From the NCBI RefSeq assembly GCF_964204645.1, contig NC_134031.1, positions 18,173,910-18,237,909 of the forward strand: DNA of 64,000 nt, written 5' to 3'. Below are positions 11,702 to 26,500 of the stretch, piece after piece. Made by a program: the position numbers and the translations under genes. The notes beneath the pieces are model-generated. The model did no database searches and was not told the origin of the DNA. It was given only the letters and a program-made list of their open reading frames with translations. Each line of letters begins with the position of its first letter. The stretch's first letter is position 1. This DNA is from Tubulanus polymorphus (Eukaryota; Animalia; Nemertea).

Positions 11702-12243
11702 GGGAGCAAGAATCAATCTAAATGTTTTTCTCAAAATACCGAGTGGTATTAGTGTTTGCGGTTCACATCTGGCCTGAGTGCCTGAAATCACAAAAAACTT
11801 AAGCCATAATTTGTTGTGACTCGGTGTGCCAATTCGAATTGTAAATGGACACATTAAATGGTAATAAAGATTTTCTCAGTCATAATATTATTAGAACCAT
11901 TAATGATTTGTCTTTTAGTCGTTTTCTTGTCGGCGCTGCCACCGCGGCTGAGGACGGCCAGGAGTCTATTCAAAACCAGAATAATGCATCGTTTTTAATC
12001 ATATTTTTACACTGTCGCAGTCGCGATGCCATTTTGAAGCTCTACAAATTAACAATTAAACACGATAAATTAAATATTGAATTACGCAAATACATTCAAA
12101 TACGGTACATCAATTGATTGACAGAATGCTTGGCACTTCATGAAATAAGCTACATGTCAATTTTTTTCAAAGATCTTGTTTCGATGCGTGAATGGATTAG
12201 ACCATGTCAACGAGAATGTATTCAAAACTCACAAGATCATGTC

Positions 12244-12333
12244 CCCTCGATAGCTCAGTTGGTAGAGCGGAGGACTGTAGAGTTGACACAGTTGGATATC
12301 CTTAGGTCGCTGGTTCAAATCCGGCTCGAGGGA
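12244..12333 (+). tRNA. tRNA-Tyr (GTA) with 17-nt intron (12281..12297)
   Basis: CCCTCGATAGCTCAGTTGGTAGAGCGGAGGACTGTAG-[intron]-ATCCTTAGGTCGCTGGTTCAAATCCGGCTCGAGGGA. Perfect acceptor stem, A/B boxes, canonical 37/38 intron, TTTT terminator at 12337. Confidence 0.97.
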
Positions 12334-12991
12334 GTATTTTACATTTTTCATCTTGTATGTGCTTTTAAGATATTCTTCTAAGATTTTTCATTTAATTTCA
12401 ACACGTTATCGTCAAAATAAAATCGTACATTTAGGTACAAATGCTCACCAGTTAGATCCGATCTACAGTCGCAAATCACAGTCAGTGTCTTATGGGGCAA
12501 GTTTCTGACGCCTCTGTGAAAGTGTTCAAAAAATACAAAACGAAAAGCCTCTATTTAAAACAATTCATTTGTACCTTTATTTTTTTTTCAAGCTGCAATG
12601 AAATATTTACAATTTATTGGGACCTTTTACCCACTTTGTCCACGTAACGTGCTTTAAACATACGTAGGTGAATGAAAAAAAAAACAACTTAAAGAACTAA
12701 TACAAACTTTAAATTAATAAAAAAATAAGAAAAATAAAACTCAAAATTCAACCATTTTGAATTCAAATTAATTCAATCAAATATTATTTACAACTTATCA
12801 CCAATGCTACCATGTTACCATGACGACTATATCACCGCAGAGATAACAATGATAACGAATAATACCAATAATATTTCATAATTACAAACAGTAACATCCC
12901 AATAAAAGTATAGTTAATACATAGGGTTAAATATCACCAAATATAACCTAGTACCATAATCTATATAGGTTTATTCAATAATCACATGATG

Positions 12992-13280
12992 TAGGAACAG
13001 ATCCAGGGGGTTTTGTGAGTTTTGTACAAGACCCTCAAATGTTTGAATCCGCCTTTTCTGAATAAACTCTTTTATTTTGTAACTGCCGAATCTTATGAAC
13101 CTCTCTTGCTTAATTGGTAGGAAAAGATTTGTCAACTGGAAACGCTGTGAAATGCATCTCACCTATCCCACAAGCTTTGATCATTGCTAAAGCGCCTCAG
13201 AATAAGCCTTTTCAGTGATCAGAATCAAACCCTTAAATGCGCCACATGACGGCCAAAAGTAGTCCTAGGATCCGCCCCCG
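12992..13280. mobile_element. Degenerate short TIR element (GGCGGATCCAGG...CCTAGGATCCGCC type)
   Basis: Ends AGGAACAGATCCAGGGGG and CTAGGATCCGCCCCCG are imperfect inverted repeats. Confidence 0.4.
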
Positions 13281-14377
13281 TAATGTGTAATAATTGAGAG
13301 AATTGCAAACACTGCAAGCAAAAATACGAGCTCTGCACTTTGAGAAATATTATGTATCAAAGCTTTCATTTAACCTCATTTTAACAATAGAAGCAAAATA
13401 ATTGAATTATTGGTAATCAATAGTAGAGAAAAAGAGTGATTTTTAAATCTTTAAAGACAAATACAGATTACACAAAGTGCAAGAAAGTAGAACCTCTTTA
13501 TATTGGACGGAGTGTAATTTCATTATGGAGCAAAAACTAAGAGGTTAGAGTTGATAAGGAGTTTAGAGTTGTTTTGAGTTGAAGACTTAAAATTTAGAGA
13601 AAGATTGATTTCATCTTCTACGTATCACAATTAATTCACAATCGAAGCTTTGAATTCACAGATATCAATCAGAGGAATGATTCAAGTTTGTCGAGGGTTT
13701 ATCAACTGAAATATCAAAGACTTGTTGGTGGTTTATGTATGTACCACCAGGGGGAGGAAATCCCACTAAGGAAGCCTGAACATTTTGTTGTAAAACTTAA
13801 CCACAAAAACAACCAATCAAATAGTTACAATGTAGAGAAACATTAACGATAAACGACACATACAGTGAAACTTGCTGCTGTAAGTCATTAACTTTAACTT
13901 CGGTGTTGAACAGAACCAATTCCGGAATAGCATAATCTGTAAACCTGATAGAAGCGGCCGGTAGAGAGTTTGTAATTCGGAATTGGTATTCCTGAACCGA
14001 AATACATTCAAATAGAAAATTGAATTGGATATACAATATAGTAGTCAAAAATATTGTTGATGACTTATATACCTAAGCGAGTTTGACTGTAATAATCTTT
14101 ATACTGTATTTACATTATAGTTACAATGTATACACACACTATATCCTCACAACACACACTGAAAACTGGCAGTCGATATTCATTTTATTTTCATTCATTT
14201 TATCTGTTGATTTTGTTAGAAAAATCATTATGTTTTTCAAAAGTTTTGTACCCGGTATCAAATATTTACAATAATAATTATTATAATAATGATGATATCC
14301 ATAGTAGACAGAACTAAAAAAACCTTTTACCCGATGAATCAACAAATTTTCACACATTTACAAAAATATCAGCTCAG

Positions 14378-14564
14378 CTATAAACCAGAAATGCCACCTA
14401 ATAGAATACTAGCAGCTGATTGGATGGCCAGCATCATGATTGACACTTGTTCCTTGACAATTTCCCAATCTCCAGTTTCAGTGCTTATGGCTATGGCATC
14501 CTCAATTCCAGGAAAAACCGATCCAGTATACCAATTATGTGAACTTGGTGCCAGTAATACATTC
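14378..14564 (-). CDS. NAALADase-like gene terminal coding exon
   Basis: NVLLAPSSHNWYTGSVFPGIEDAI...WEIVKEQVSIMMLAIQSAASILLGGISGL*. Confidence 0.92.
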
Positions 14565-17500
14565 CTACAAGATAAATACTACATGCATGTCGTTTATAGG
14601 AAATATAAGGACTACGTAAAAGATGGAATAGGGGCCTTCATGATCCAAAGCTATAAGATGCGGGGAACTGCTGCCCATTTTTGACAAAAGAGTTTTTAAT
14701 GAAAATTCTTAAACGCCAAATTTCTCAAATCAATACACAATTAACATACACACTTTTGTCAGAAATAGGCAGACTGGCACACATCAAATTTGGTTCATTT
14801 GCTACCCTCAAAGCCCCTCAGCACGGGCCTGGTTTCTGTGAAATTAACTTGAATCTTCTTGAATTCAAATAATAAAATTTTCAAATATTTTCAAATTTCA
14901 TTGGCCATTACCAGGTAATTCAAATATCTCACTGCAAATATGCCCCCAGGAAAAATTCTTAAAAAATTTAAGCAAATGAATTTCTCAGCCATGCATTTCT
15001 GTAATTAATCAAATGAATGAGTTATTTTCATAGTAGGATTGAATGTAGTTTGTGTACATGATAACGTTGTACCTGATTTGAGGTCTTCCTGGTAAACCGC
15101 GAGGAGTGATAAACGCTCGAGACACTCGCATCAAAATATCATTTACTCGACGCAATTCCAACTCACTAGAAAAATACGAACACACAAATATAACACACAG
15201 ATTGCTTCTCATTTCCTCATAGATTTGTATGTACATATAATTCATAATAAACAATCCCACAAGTGATGATATCTAAAATCTGACAGTTCCGAGATTTATC
15301 TCAATCTCATCTTCAGAGAAACAGTAATGAATGTTATTATAGTTTAGAATACAATGAACATTCTTTACCCTTTCTCTGAAGATCTTCAAAGAGACAGTAG
15401 TTTTATTTTCTCTTTCTTATTTCAACCCCGAGGAATTAGGTGGCATACATTCAGAGAGCCCTGAAAATACATACTCTGTTGGATTCACGTTGGCGAAGTG
15501 TATTCTAAATCGACTTTCAGCCTCTTCGTAAGTTTTAATAGCTTTTTCTAAATAATCTAAAATTCAAATTGAAATTCGGTTAATGACATCATACATGATA
15601 TAATAAACTAAATCAGTTTCAATCACCAATTTAGTTTAACTTCGGTAATCCTTCACATTTTCTTTAATTTACTAAAAATGAATCATAGAAATCCTACCTA
15701 AACTAATTCCCTGTTGATTAAATGTGTCTGAGTGTACTTCCTTCACTTTTTTCAACGCCTCCTGTAAAGTATCGACGTACTGGTGACTGTTTAATGTAAG
15801 TTTGGCCGTTTCCGAAAGTTGTAGAATAATCTCGCTGATGACGTCTGTGTACGTGTGATGAGCCTCGAATGTTGGATCCATGAACCGAGCGACCATCTCA
15901 AAAGTGTCGTATTTCGTGTGGTAAAATGGCGGAGTGAATACTTTCTACAATGACACAAAGAAGAATCGTAGATAGAGTAGACTTGGCTCAAGTTAGATCT
16001 TTTGACTTGAGAGTGGTATTTGAGTTGGATGGTACAGTAGACTCTTCTCAAGACGGATATTTTGACTTGAGAAATATAAGTACAAAGTACTCCACTGAAG
16101 TTAGAAACAATCAACTCAAAGATACTGTATGTTTGTTGAAATCTGAGCCTCCATATGAATCATACACCATCCAACAAAGACTTGAGCAGAGTCTACTGTA
16201 TGGGTTTTACAAGATAGAAGTAATATCAAAAGGTGAAATTGACAGTTTTCAGTTCAATGGTTGCAGATATCAGACATGTGAAGTATAGTCATATCATATT
16301 GCATGACATGCTTAAGACGACTTAACAATGTATAGCCATTTCAAAAGTGTTGCATTGCAAGAGGTTATAAGGTATAGTAAATGTAGAAGGTTAATTGATA
16401 CTTTTGAAATTAAGACATATGAAGCACATTATATCATATTTCATTATGACTTGCTTAACCTGGCTTTACACTGTGCAGAGATTTGAAAAGTGTCATTTAA
16501 CCGTCTACAATGATAGGAACTAAACGGTAACTTACTGTAACCTTACTATCAAAATAGTAACCAGGATACATCGACGGGATTCCGAATTCATGAAGGAAAC
16601 TTGTTTGATCACTGCCGGCCCCAAGATACGATATGCTATAACAAAAAACATCGACACATGTTAACTGAGACCAGACCAAGACCAGTTCTACAGTTTAAAA
16701 TTCTGATCCTACATGACACTGCATCAAATGAATTAAAACCTTTGTAAAAATGCAATATTCATTTCATGTTAGTCTCGATCGTGGAAGTGCCCTGTAGTTT
16801 ACTTATCACCTAGTGTATGAAACTAGGACCAATCAAAAATACATTTACCAACCTCGGATCACCAGCTTCAGTTTGTCGATCACTTTTCCGAGTCCAGTCT
16901 TCGTAGACGGTTGATTTGCGAGCAGCGCAGTCCGATAAACTACACGGTACTTTCTTAGTTGCTGCGTATATAACATCCTTCAACATCGGGCTCGATCGCG
17001 CGGCAAACGTAAAATTACCTTAAAAAGTGATTTGTTTTATTCATATATTTCAATTCAGAAATAAATTTCTATTCAAGAGAATTGACGCAATCCATGTTGT
17101 TGCTTACTTTGATGTTTTACCAGTCTTAGATTATTTCTAGACTATAGTCTAAAAACTCTCTCGAACCAGGGTCTAGTTGCTCAAAGCTTGGTAAACTCTA
17201 ATGAACTTTTGAGCGACTGACCCTTGGTTCACAAAATGCAAAATTGTATAAACGTAGATATACCGGTAATGAATGTTCTGTATTTTGTAAATTCTATCTA
17301 CCTTTAAGCGGTGAATCCATATTGATATAAGCGACTGCCTTCTCCACGAGATCATGTTCAAATTGCTACAATTCAGAATCAGAAATAAACAGTTTATACA
17401 GACACATCTTCACACAGAATGATTTCTATCATCATACAAGTAAGGCTAAAAAAATGATAGCTTGTTCCTAATTTCCGCTGAGATTGAAAAGTGGACCCAG

Positions 17501-20500
17501 CCGGCCATCTATCTACCCTGTACATAACACTTTTTAAAATCATGATCAAGCTACAATAACCGACCTGGCAGCTATAGAAATGAACTGATTACAAATTTCA
17601 TTAAGATAAACTGATGTATTCTGAATGATGAAGATAATGAATAATCCCACAATTGATGATACTTCATTGTTGTTGCTCCGAGAATGATCTAGATTGATTG
17701 CGAAACTGTCAGATAAATAAACTTTGACGGATCATCATTGTGGGGGATTATTCATAATCCCTGAACAACTTGTGCACCACTCAGCAGGTTCAAGATTTAT
17801 TTACGCTTAATTAATGAGACCAGTAGAAATCTGAAACCGCAAAAAATATCAGTCGTGACAATACATGAAGGGATTACACAATGAAACCTGTTGCCCAAAT
17901 ACACTTTTCATCATAGAGTATAAAGAAAGCTCCTGAACACACAGGTTAAGTGTGAAATATCATATTCTATTGAATATCTGGATCTAATTACATAGTTTTC
18001 AGTTCATATTTAACTCTTCGACAGCAAGTTTGTCATGATATATTTTCAGTTACGCAAAACAGCCCCCTAACTTGTAAGGTATAGTAAATGTGAAAGGTTA
18101 ATTGATACTTTTGAAATGGCAGCACAGAGCTAAGACATATGAAGCACTTTGTATCATATTTCATTATGACTTGCTTTACATGGCTTAACCCTGTGCAGAC
18201 ATTTCAAAAGTATCAATTAAAGCTTTTAAAACTTAAGCCTTCTGAATTTACCATTTTAACCACAATAAATTCAAGGCAGGAGAATGTTTATTGATACCAG
18301 CGTAAAGGATCTGGGAGATCACATGAACCACTGGCTACTCCTTCCCTGGTAGGGGGTCTAACATCTTTCCAACGAGTAGTTAATAGATTCAACCATATCA
18401 TAAAATTTTTGTTAGCTGTTTTCTGTAGCTTTACAAGAATTCATTTGTCAATTCCATTCATTTGAGTTCTGGATTCATGAACAAATTCAATTTGGTGCAA
18501 TTGATTTTCCTATAAAACATTTACAAATTCGAGGTTTGCATTGGAGAAAAAAAAACCAAATTCTTGTAGTATTAATAGCTACTGGTATATCTAATTTAGA
18601 TACATTCATACAATATGAAACTTTCACAAAATCTGAGTCTATTGTGTTAGATTTCAGAGAATCAATTTTCTATTTGCTGTTAACAATAAATTTTACAAAT
18701 GAATTGTAGCTGTAATACAAAGACTTTAATGATTTTATCAAATTACATTTTCAATACTCGAGAAGACCAGTCCCAGTATATTCTCAGACACTCTCATTTG
18801 ATCCTCATGAACGATGAATTCTACTCAGATGCAGATCGGTCGAGCTTATACCAGTTACATGTCTATTATGTCTCTTGCAAACAGGTCTGGAATCTACCTT
18901 ACTGTGTCATTGACCATTCTGCCAATCATATTCCTGTTTGGAACCTTCGGAAATTCAGCTACTTTCCTGATAATGACAAGTCGCAGATTCCGCAGTTTAT
19001 CTTATGCTAACTATCTGATCATTTTGTCTATTAGTGATTTCACATTCTGCATCAACTACTCACTGCTGCCTGCTTTACAGTTTGCTCTCTTGCACATCGG
19101 CGACGGTCCTATATTCATCATGAATTCACTGATCAGTTGTCAAATTTACGAATTTCTAATGGCGGTTGCAGTCAGCAATAGTTCGTGGTTGATAATTGCA
19201 ATATCTCTAGAACGCGCGGCAGTTGTGCTCTTCCCGTTCACATCTCGTTTGATATGTACACCGAGATTTGCTAGATGTACTGTATTGATAATTACTGCAG
19301 TGAATGTACTGATTGTTTATCTTTCACCTGCTGTGACGTTACATTTCACGACTCCATCGTTTGGATGTTACCATACATTAGCTGACCAAATTACATTCTT
19401 CGCCATAATGGCCGTCCATGCTTACCAATTACCGCTGCTTCTAATTTTTCTTACAAATTTGGTTATAATAATTCAGTTATTCAGAGGATCAAAAATGGTT
19501 TCGACTGATCAGAAAACTACAAAATCAAAACGTACAACCATAATGCTTCTAACGGTTTCACTGGCATTCGCGATGTTCATACTACCATCTTCTGTTTCTG
19601 TATTTTTACCAATCTCACAGGAACTGAAAGATTTTCTTTACGATGTTTTCACACATTTCCATCTTTGTAACTTTGTGATAAATTTCTACATATATCTTTT
19701 ACTGGGACGAGAAATTCGTGAATATTTCTGTATGAAAATCCGCTGTAGAAATACAATGAAATAACTATCGAATACAAGTTTAAGCTATCTTTCGATTCGG
19801 CAATTATGTAGACAACAGATTCAACAATGTCAAGTGGAGTTTTACCAATATTTTGAATGTCTATGATATCATATTCTAACTTCATTTGTTAATAAGTCCC
19901 CGTCAACTACGTAGGCGATATCTCATAATTCCAGTTCAGCCACCATTGCCACTAGAAGTAATGGTAGTTCAAGAATTCAAAATCTGTACATTTAACAGAA
20001 TTGATTCTTGGCAAATGTAAATTCAAAGATGTTTTTAATTCTAACAAATCAATGACAGCCACCATAGAAAACACAGAATTTCTCTTAAAGATACATTTGT
20101 CATGATATGAGACAGTCAGAACACCCTCAGGCAGTTAGGACACCAGGTCTGTACCTCTAGAGTCAATCAACTCACTAGTTCTTTTGTCAATGACTCACGA
20201 ATTTGACTCTAGAGTCAACAAGTCATTAGTTAGACTCTTTTTCTTACCTCCATCCATTCAAATGAACCGATCAAACCAAATTCCTCTGCGTCCCAGTTTG
20301 CAAATATAATCGACCGTCTCGGTTGCCAACCAGTCGATGCTTTCAACGAACCGAATGCTTTTACGAGTTCGTTTAAAACTGCCGTTCCTCCAGACGGGTC
20401 GAGGGCACCTGCGTTCCATGCATCTCTATGGTTACCAACAATCACATATCTATCGGGCTCTTCGACTCCACGGATGACTCCAATCACGTTCGTGATGTTG

Positions 20501-23500
20501 ACCGATTCTCGAAAATTGTTTACAACGACTTTGACTTTCCTGAAATAAAGATGTAGAAGTGAGTCATGAGGCTTACCTGAAAGTCATTGAGTCCAACCAG
20601 GCTTTGAGGTATACCCTGTGAGTCATGAGTCCTGCTCCTTCCGGGAGCACCTGTCCTCATAAAACTTACCAATTAGATTTAGTTCCTTTAAAACCGGGAC
20701 CAAGCGCATAATCAACTTCAGGTATACTACCTTTCCATTTCGTTTCGATCGGACCGGCCAAATCTCTATAAAACATTAACAACATCAAACATCATTTCCA
20801 AATATTTACGAATCAGGGTCGAGTTTCACAGTTAGGGTTCATTATGCCATTACAGATCCATATTCGATACTTTTCAAAGCCACTTTCACAAATTTTATTG
20901 CCAAATATAGTAATTCCTGAAGGAATCATCAATGACTGATGAAAATAGAAATAGATAAACAATAATGGCAAGAAAGAACTTAATTTTGTCCAGAATTCAC
21001 CAGGAATTTGCTTGACACCCTCAATTTTCTCTCCTCTCTCCTCATTTTCAAGGCCTTACATGAAAATTCAATGCTATTGAATTTTGAACAAGATTTTCTC
21101 GATTCAATGCTATTTCCTGTTTTAAGGTACCGGCCGCAATAAACCCGATAGTCCACAGTTTAATCAGTATTGTGTCTCATGATTTATGAAACTTATGAAA
21201 AATCGTTCTGTACAACTGATATGACTGATGTTTGATGGGTTGTATTTATGACTTACTGCAGTAACAGTTTAGCATCATCGTATCCAATTGGTTGAACTGG
21301 AATCGTTGGGAGATCAGTGCGATTTTCAGGCAATCGGTAAGCACCAACTAGAATAATAAATACATATGTATATATATATATATATTAATGAATAGACAAT
21401 TCATTATTTGTACGTCCTAACCAACTGATCAGATCAGCAGACAGTAAACTCTTCCTAACTCAAATCAATTGAGACCAATGATTATGACACTGAAATTTGC
21501 TAGTCAGCCTGTGCTGAAAACTTGCCATACATCGGAAGATAATCAGGATCCAGTTCCTCAGTTAAGAGTTAAAGTTAACTCTTAAGTTAGCTCATTGAAA
21601 ATTAACAGATTTTAACTCAAGAGTTGAATCTAAGTCGGAACTATTGAACTGGATCCAGGGGATTTACAAGCATAAAGATCCTGTCATGTACACTCGTATG
21701 GCGTAGTCGAAGAGGATAAAAGACCAGGCTACAAGTAAACTATAGTCACGCTGAGCCGGGGTCGATGATTCTTCTGTGAATTTACCAATCATATCCATTC
21801 TACTAGAGGTATTTCGGAGCAGACGCACAGACTTACCAACTGACGGATTATTAGGTGTCAGCGGGTCGCCGCCTCCATCGTGACGGATAGTACCCATCTG
21901 AACCGCGTCACCCGGGATCCACCATCCGTTCGGCCAAACTTTCTCCGGTTCGAGAGCGAAATCTTTCGGATCCGTGAACAGTATCACACCCTTCGCTCCT
22001 CTCTTCGTCGCTTCTTGGATCTTATCGCCACGGAAACCACGCCCGTATCTTATTATTACGATACAATCTTTAACGGTTATATTGTGTTTCGATTCTAAAA
22101 GTTCATAATCTTGTTGTTGTCCGTAGTAGGCGTATACTAAATCTCCCTGTCAAAAATAAAATTACAAAACATGATGATGGGAGAAAGTGTGTAAGATCAT
22201 CTGCTAAAGCTACTCTAGGTCTATAGTCAGGTATAATAGGCAAATTGTCTTAACTCAGCCTCTGATTCAAATGAGGCTTAGATACACAGTTGTTTGAGAC
22301 ACAGCGTTGAAAATGAGCTACAGGTTTATTTGAATCTGGATCCAGTGAGTTCACATTTAGTGCAGACTTTACTGTACAGTTCAAACATTGGAAAATGAAT
22401 TTATTTCGACTGAACATATTTTCAACTTATTTTCAACTGAAGAAACAACTGCAGAACTAATTCTCTGATTCCACATCTTCAGATCATTTAACTATTTTAA
22501 CTGAATAAAGTGTAGGCAAGTTTTTAATGGTTTACCTCGACAGTCGCGTTTGGTGCGAAGGCGTTATAAGCGTATAATTCGGCTCCGGATCGTACACCAG
22601 TACTGTTACAATCCACTCTTACTTTACCGCTGTCATCTAATACATAAACTCTATTAGGATTATTATCACTGAAACAGACAAACACAGAAACATCACTGAT
22701 TCATTATCACTGAAACAAACACAGAAACATCACTGATTCATTGTTGATTCAGTTCAGTCTTGACGTTTATTGATAGACTAAATCATAATGATCAAATCAA
22801 TTATACATTAGAACAAACATGAGGTCATGAGGATATTCAAGGGCATGTAGCCAGCCACAAACTAGAACTTGGGGCCAGTCATAGACTAGGGCTTTGGGCC
22901 TGTCATAGACCAGGGCATTGGGCCTGTCATAGACTAGGGCTTGGGGCCAGTCATAGACTAGGGCTTTGGGCCTGTCATAGACTAGGGCTTTGGGCCTGTC
23001 ATAGACTAGGGCTTGGGGCCAGTCATAGACTAGGGCTTGGGGCCAGTTATAGACTAGGGCTTGGGGCCAGTCATAGACTAGGGCTTGGGGCCAGTAATAG
23101 ACTAGGGTTTGGAGCCAGGCAATTGGGCTATGGTCTAATGAGACAATTGGGCTATGGTTTTATAGACAGTTCATCTTTCGCAAGCTAAATGTCTCCAAAT
23201 TCACAACAATGATACCAAATCCTAGATGGTTCTTTATTATTACTACAGCGGTGAAAACCGGTAACTCAAAGGTTAAAGATACGTCATCTCCGGCAGAAAC
23301 TTCTTATCTATGCATATCACATGTTTGTGAATAGAAATGACGGAGATGAAGCTTCACTGATGACAATAAATCCACACAGGAAATGAAAAGTATTTCAATA
23401 AGCCACAGAGGACTGAGTGTCATCAGAGAGAGCGAGAGAGAGACAGAGAGAGAGACAGAGAGAGCTGAGAGAGCTGAATGCAGGTGAGACAGAAAACCTT

Positions 23501-26500
23501 CAGGCTTATATCAACACACAGTGAATTTAGACAGGAAATTAGTATTAGTTTTTAAGGGAAGGTAGAGAGCACACACACACCAGGCACACGCACCAGGCAC
23601 ACGCCAGGCGCACAGGTAGAGTACACCGTCGTAGAAAACACTGCAGCAGAGAATTCTGAGAAAACGTAACTCCTAAACCTGAACAGTTTCACAGAAAATC
23701 TATGATCGCTTCTGAAATCTGGACCTGACCATCAAATATTTCAGGGCAAATCAATAAGATAGGGCCATTTGGGCAGCCGTTGTGACCATTCGCAATGATT
23801 CTCAACAAAATCATCTCTTACAGATTCAAAATTCAGGGAGTTTTAAAGAAGAGGTCTCAGATTCACCTGTCCCTGGATACCGATACACGTTACTATGATA
23901 GTATTCAATCACTGACGATACTTACATATCTGGATAAGATAACAATACTCGATATCGGTCGAGTCTCACCGAATCAACTCCATAATTAATCCAATTATCG
24001 TGTATACTATCGGCTAATACGTTATTCTCATGTCTACCAGCTAAATGAACGTGTTGAGTTAAATTCCTACAAATAGAATCCATCAATGACATGTACATTC
24101 AGATGTGTGCACATTACCTGGAAATCATCGATCAATCTATTTGACAGAAATACGAGGTCTAGTTCTAGGGTCATAGGAGAATAGTAAAAAATTCAGATTA
24201 ATTCATAATGCGATGACTTCAGCAGATTTGGATCAGTCTTTACCGGAATTATCTTCCGGCGTTTTAGTTTCGTACACAATACACACTACCTATTCGGTAA
24301 TAGTATGATGTGTAAACCTGATAGAAACAGCCGGCAGAGAATCAGCCGGTAGAGACTTTATATTCCTAAATTGATATTTCTCTAAATATCTAGATTCTGG
24401 TTGTACGGTCACAGTCTCCATGGATATAAGTAAAAAATTCAGACTTATCTAAATAAAATCATGATTTTCTGGATTTTATAGAACCACAATAAACACAGTA
24501 AGTTCGTACTAGTTCCACAGTTCTGGACCCGGGTCAACAGTTCAGGACCCAGTTCAACAGTTCTGGATCCAGTTCCACAAATCTCAGTTAGAATTAAGGT
24601 AATGACCAATGTTTAACATCTTGAGTTTAATCTAAATCAACACTAATTGTTGAACTGGGTTTGAAAATTCATGACTTGGTCTTGATTCCTGTAGCCAATC
24701 TAACACCATTTCGGCCCTAAATACATACAAACCTTAACGTATTTTGAAGACTTTGAGCACTGATAAACTGACGTAAAATGGGACCATGTTTAGGATCATA
24801 ATCCTGAAATATATAACAAAGAAAAAATACACGATTAGAATTCATGACACGCCGAGACAGAAATATTGGAATATTTCTGAATTTCAGAAATAAATCATTA
24901 AGAATTCAAACATAAAATTTGATGATGTAACTACTGAGGGAGCCGGGGGGGAATGAAATTGAATTTCAATACTGCACGCGATAAACGCGTAAGAATCATC
25001 GGTTTATCAGAGATTATCGTAAACTCTGACGACGACGACGAACGAAGAAAAGAATCTTTCTCCAACGGAGAAACGCCAGAAATCCAATACCGTAATAAAT
25101 AAATCAAGCGTAAAGTGATCTCATCCGAATAATAAGTTATCATTTGTGAAGGAGCGCGAAAGAATTCTAAAACTGCGACGACCGTGCGCGTTCCGACCCA
25201 TTATCAAATACAATAATGTTCTTTCCGATATCGATAACGTAATGGTTTCCACGGCGATCAATCTGCATCCGATGGCAGGTGACAGACGCTCCGAGTCGCT
25301 TCAAGTCGACGTTTTGTCTGAAGTCATTTTCATCAACATCGATTACTGCGAATATAATCATTCATCCCGAGATAAAGAGATCAGAATGAGACAGGAGAAT
25401 CCATAGATACCGCTCGGATCCATAGATACCGCTCGGATCCATTGATACTGCTCAGATCCATAGATACCATGCGGATCCATTGATACTACTCAGATCCACA
25501 GATACCGCTTGCACCATGGATACCACTCAGATCCACAGATACCGAACCGTAGATACCGCTTGGATCTATAGATACCGGTCACGTCCATAGATACTACTCA
25601 GATCCATAGATACCACTCAGATCCATAGATACCGCTCGGATCCATAGATAGGTACCACTCAGATCCACAGATACCGCTCAGAACCGTAGATACTGCTTGG
25701 ATCTATAGATACTGTAAAGATCCATAGATACCGGTCTGATACATAGATATCCCTCAAATCCATGGATACGACTCAGAACTATAGATGCTGCTTGGATCTA
25801 GAGATAACGCTCAGATCCATAGATACCGCTTGAATCAATTGATACTGTAAAGATTCAGGGATACATACAGGTATTCTATCAACTGATTGCAAAACTCTCA
25901 ATCATGGTGATCACTGTGATCATGGTGATCATACGGTGATCACACGGTGAGGAGGAGTAATATACACTTATACCTCATCAAATTCACTGTGAACTTTCTG
26001 ATCTTGTTTCCACGTGTGTAAAACTTCTTCGTGGCGCGGTACGCTTATTTTTTATAACGTTGCCGATGGCGACAAATTTGATTGTAACATCTCTCCGCGA
26101 AGAATTCTGCGCTAATGAAATTTAGATAATGAACCTACGTCGGTCTGTAGTTCACCTCGTAACGATTCAATCCTCTCCCGTCCCCGGCAATCATTAGAGA
26201 CTCGCTACTAAAACTGAGATGCCTTCAATATTCAGGGATCACGACTCTTCTTGCGTAACTTAAAAATACAGCGTATTATAGACATTCTCCTGGTGCCACA
26301 TTAACAGTTATGTAAAGATCAGTTAGGTCCCACGACGGCGTCAGAGACTCTAGGTCTTTTAGATTTCACCCTATTTCATTAAGCCCGAGTCATGATTGTG
26401 GAACTGTGCCCCAGGGGGATGGCTGCTCAGTCAGCACTTAAGATTTTAGGACCTGGGCCCATTTTCACAAAAAAGTTGAGGACAACAATTCAAACTTAAC

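Noticed and set aside
884-12333. Functional link between TTC36 (tyrosine catabolism regulator in mammals) and the nearby tRNA-Tyr
   Set aside because: tRNA genes are dispersed and there is no mechanism or evidence; probably coincidence.
14289-14684. Plus-strand 131-aa ORF (also 15950-16288 and 21880-22098)
   Set aside because: These are antisense shadows of NAALADase exons or intronic sequence.
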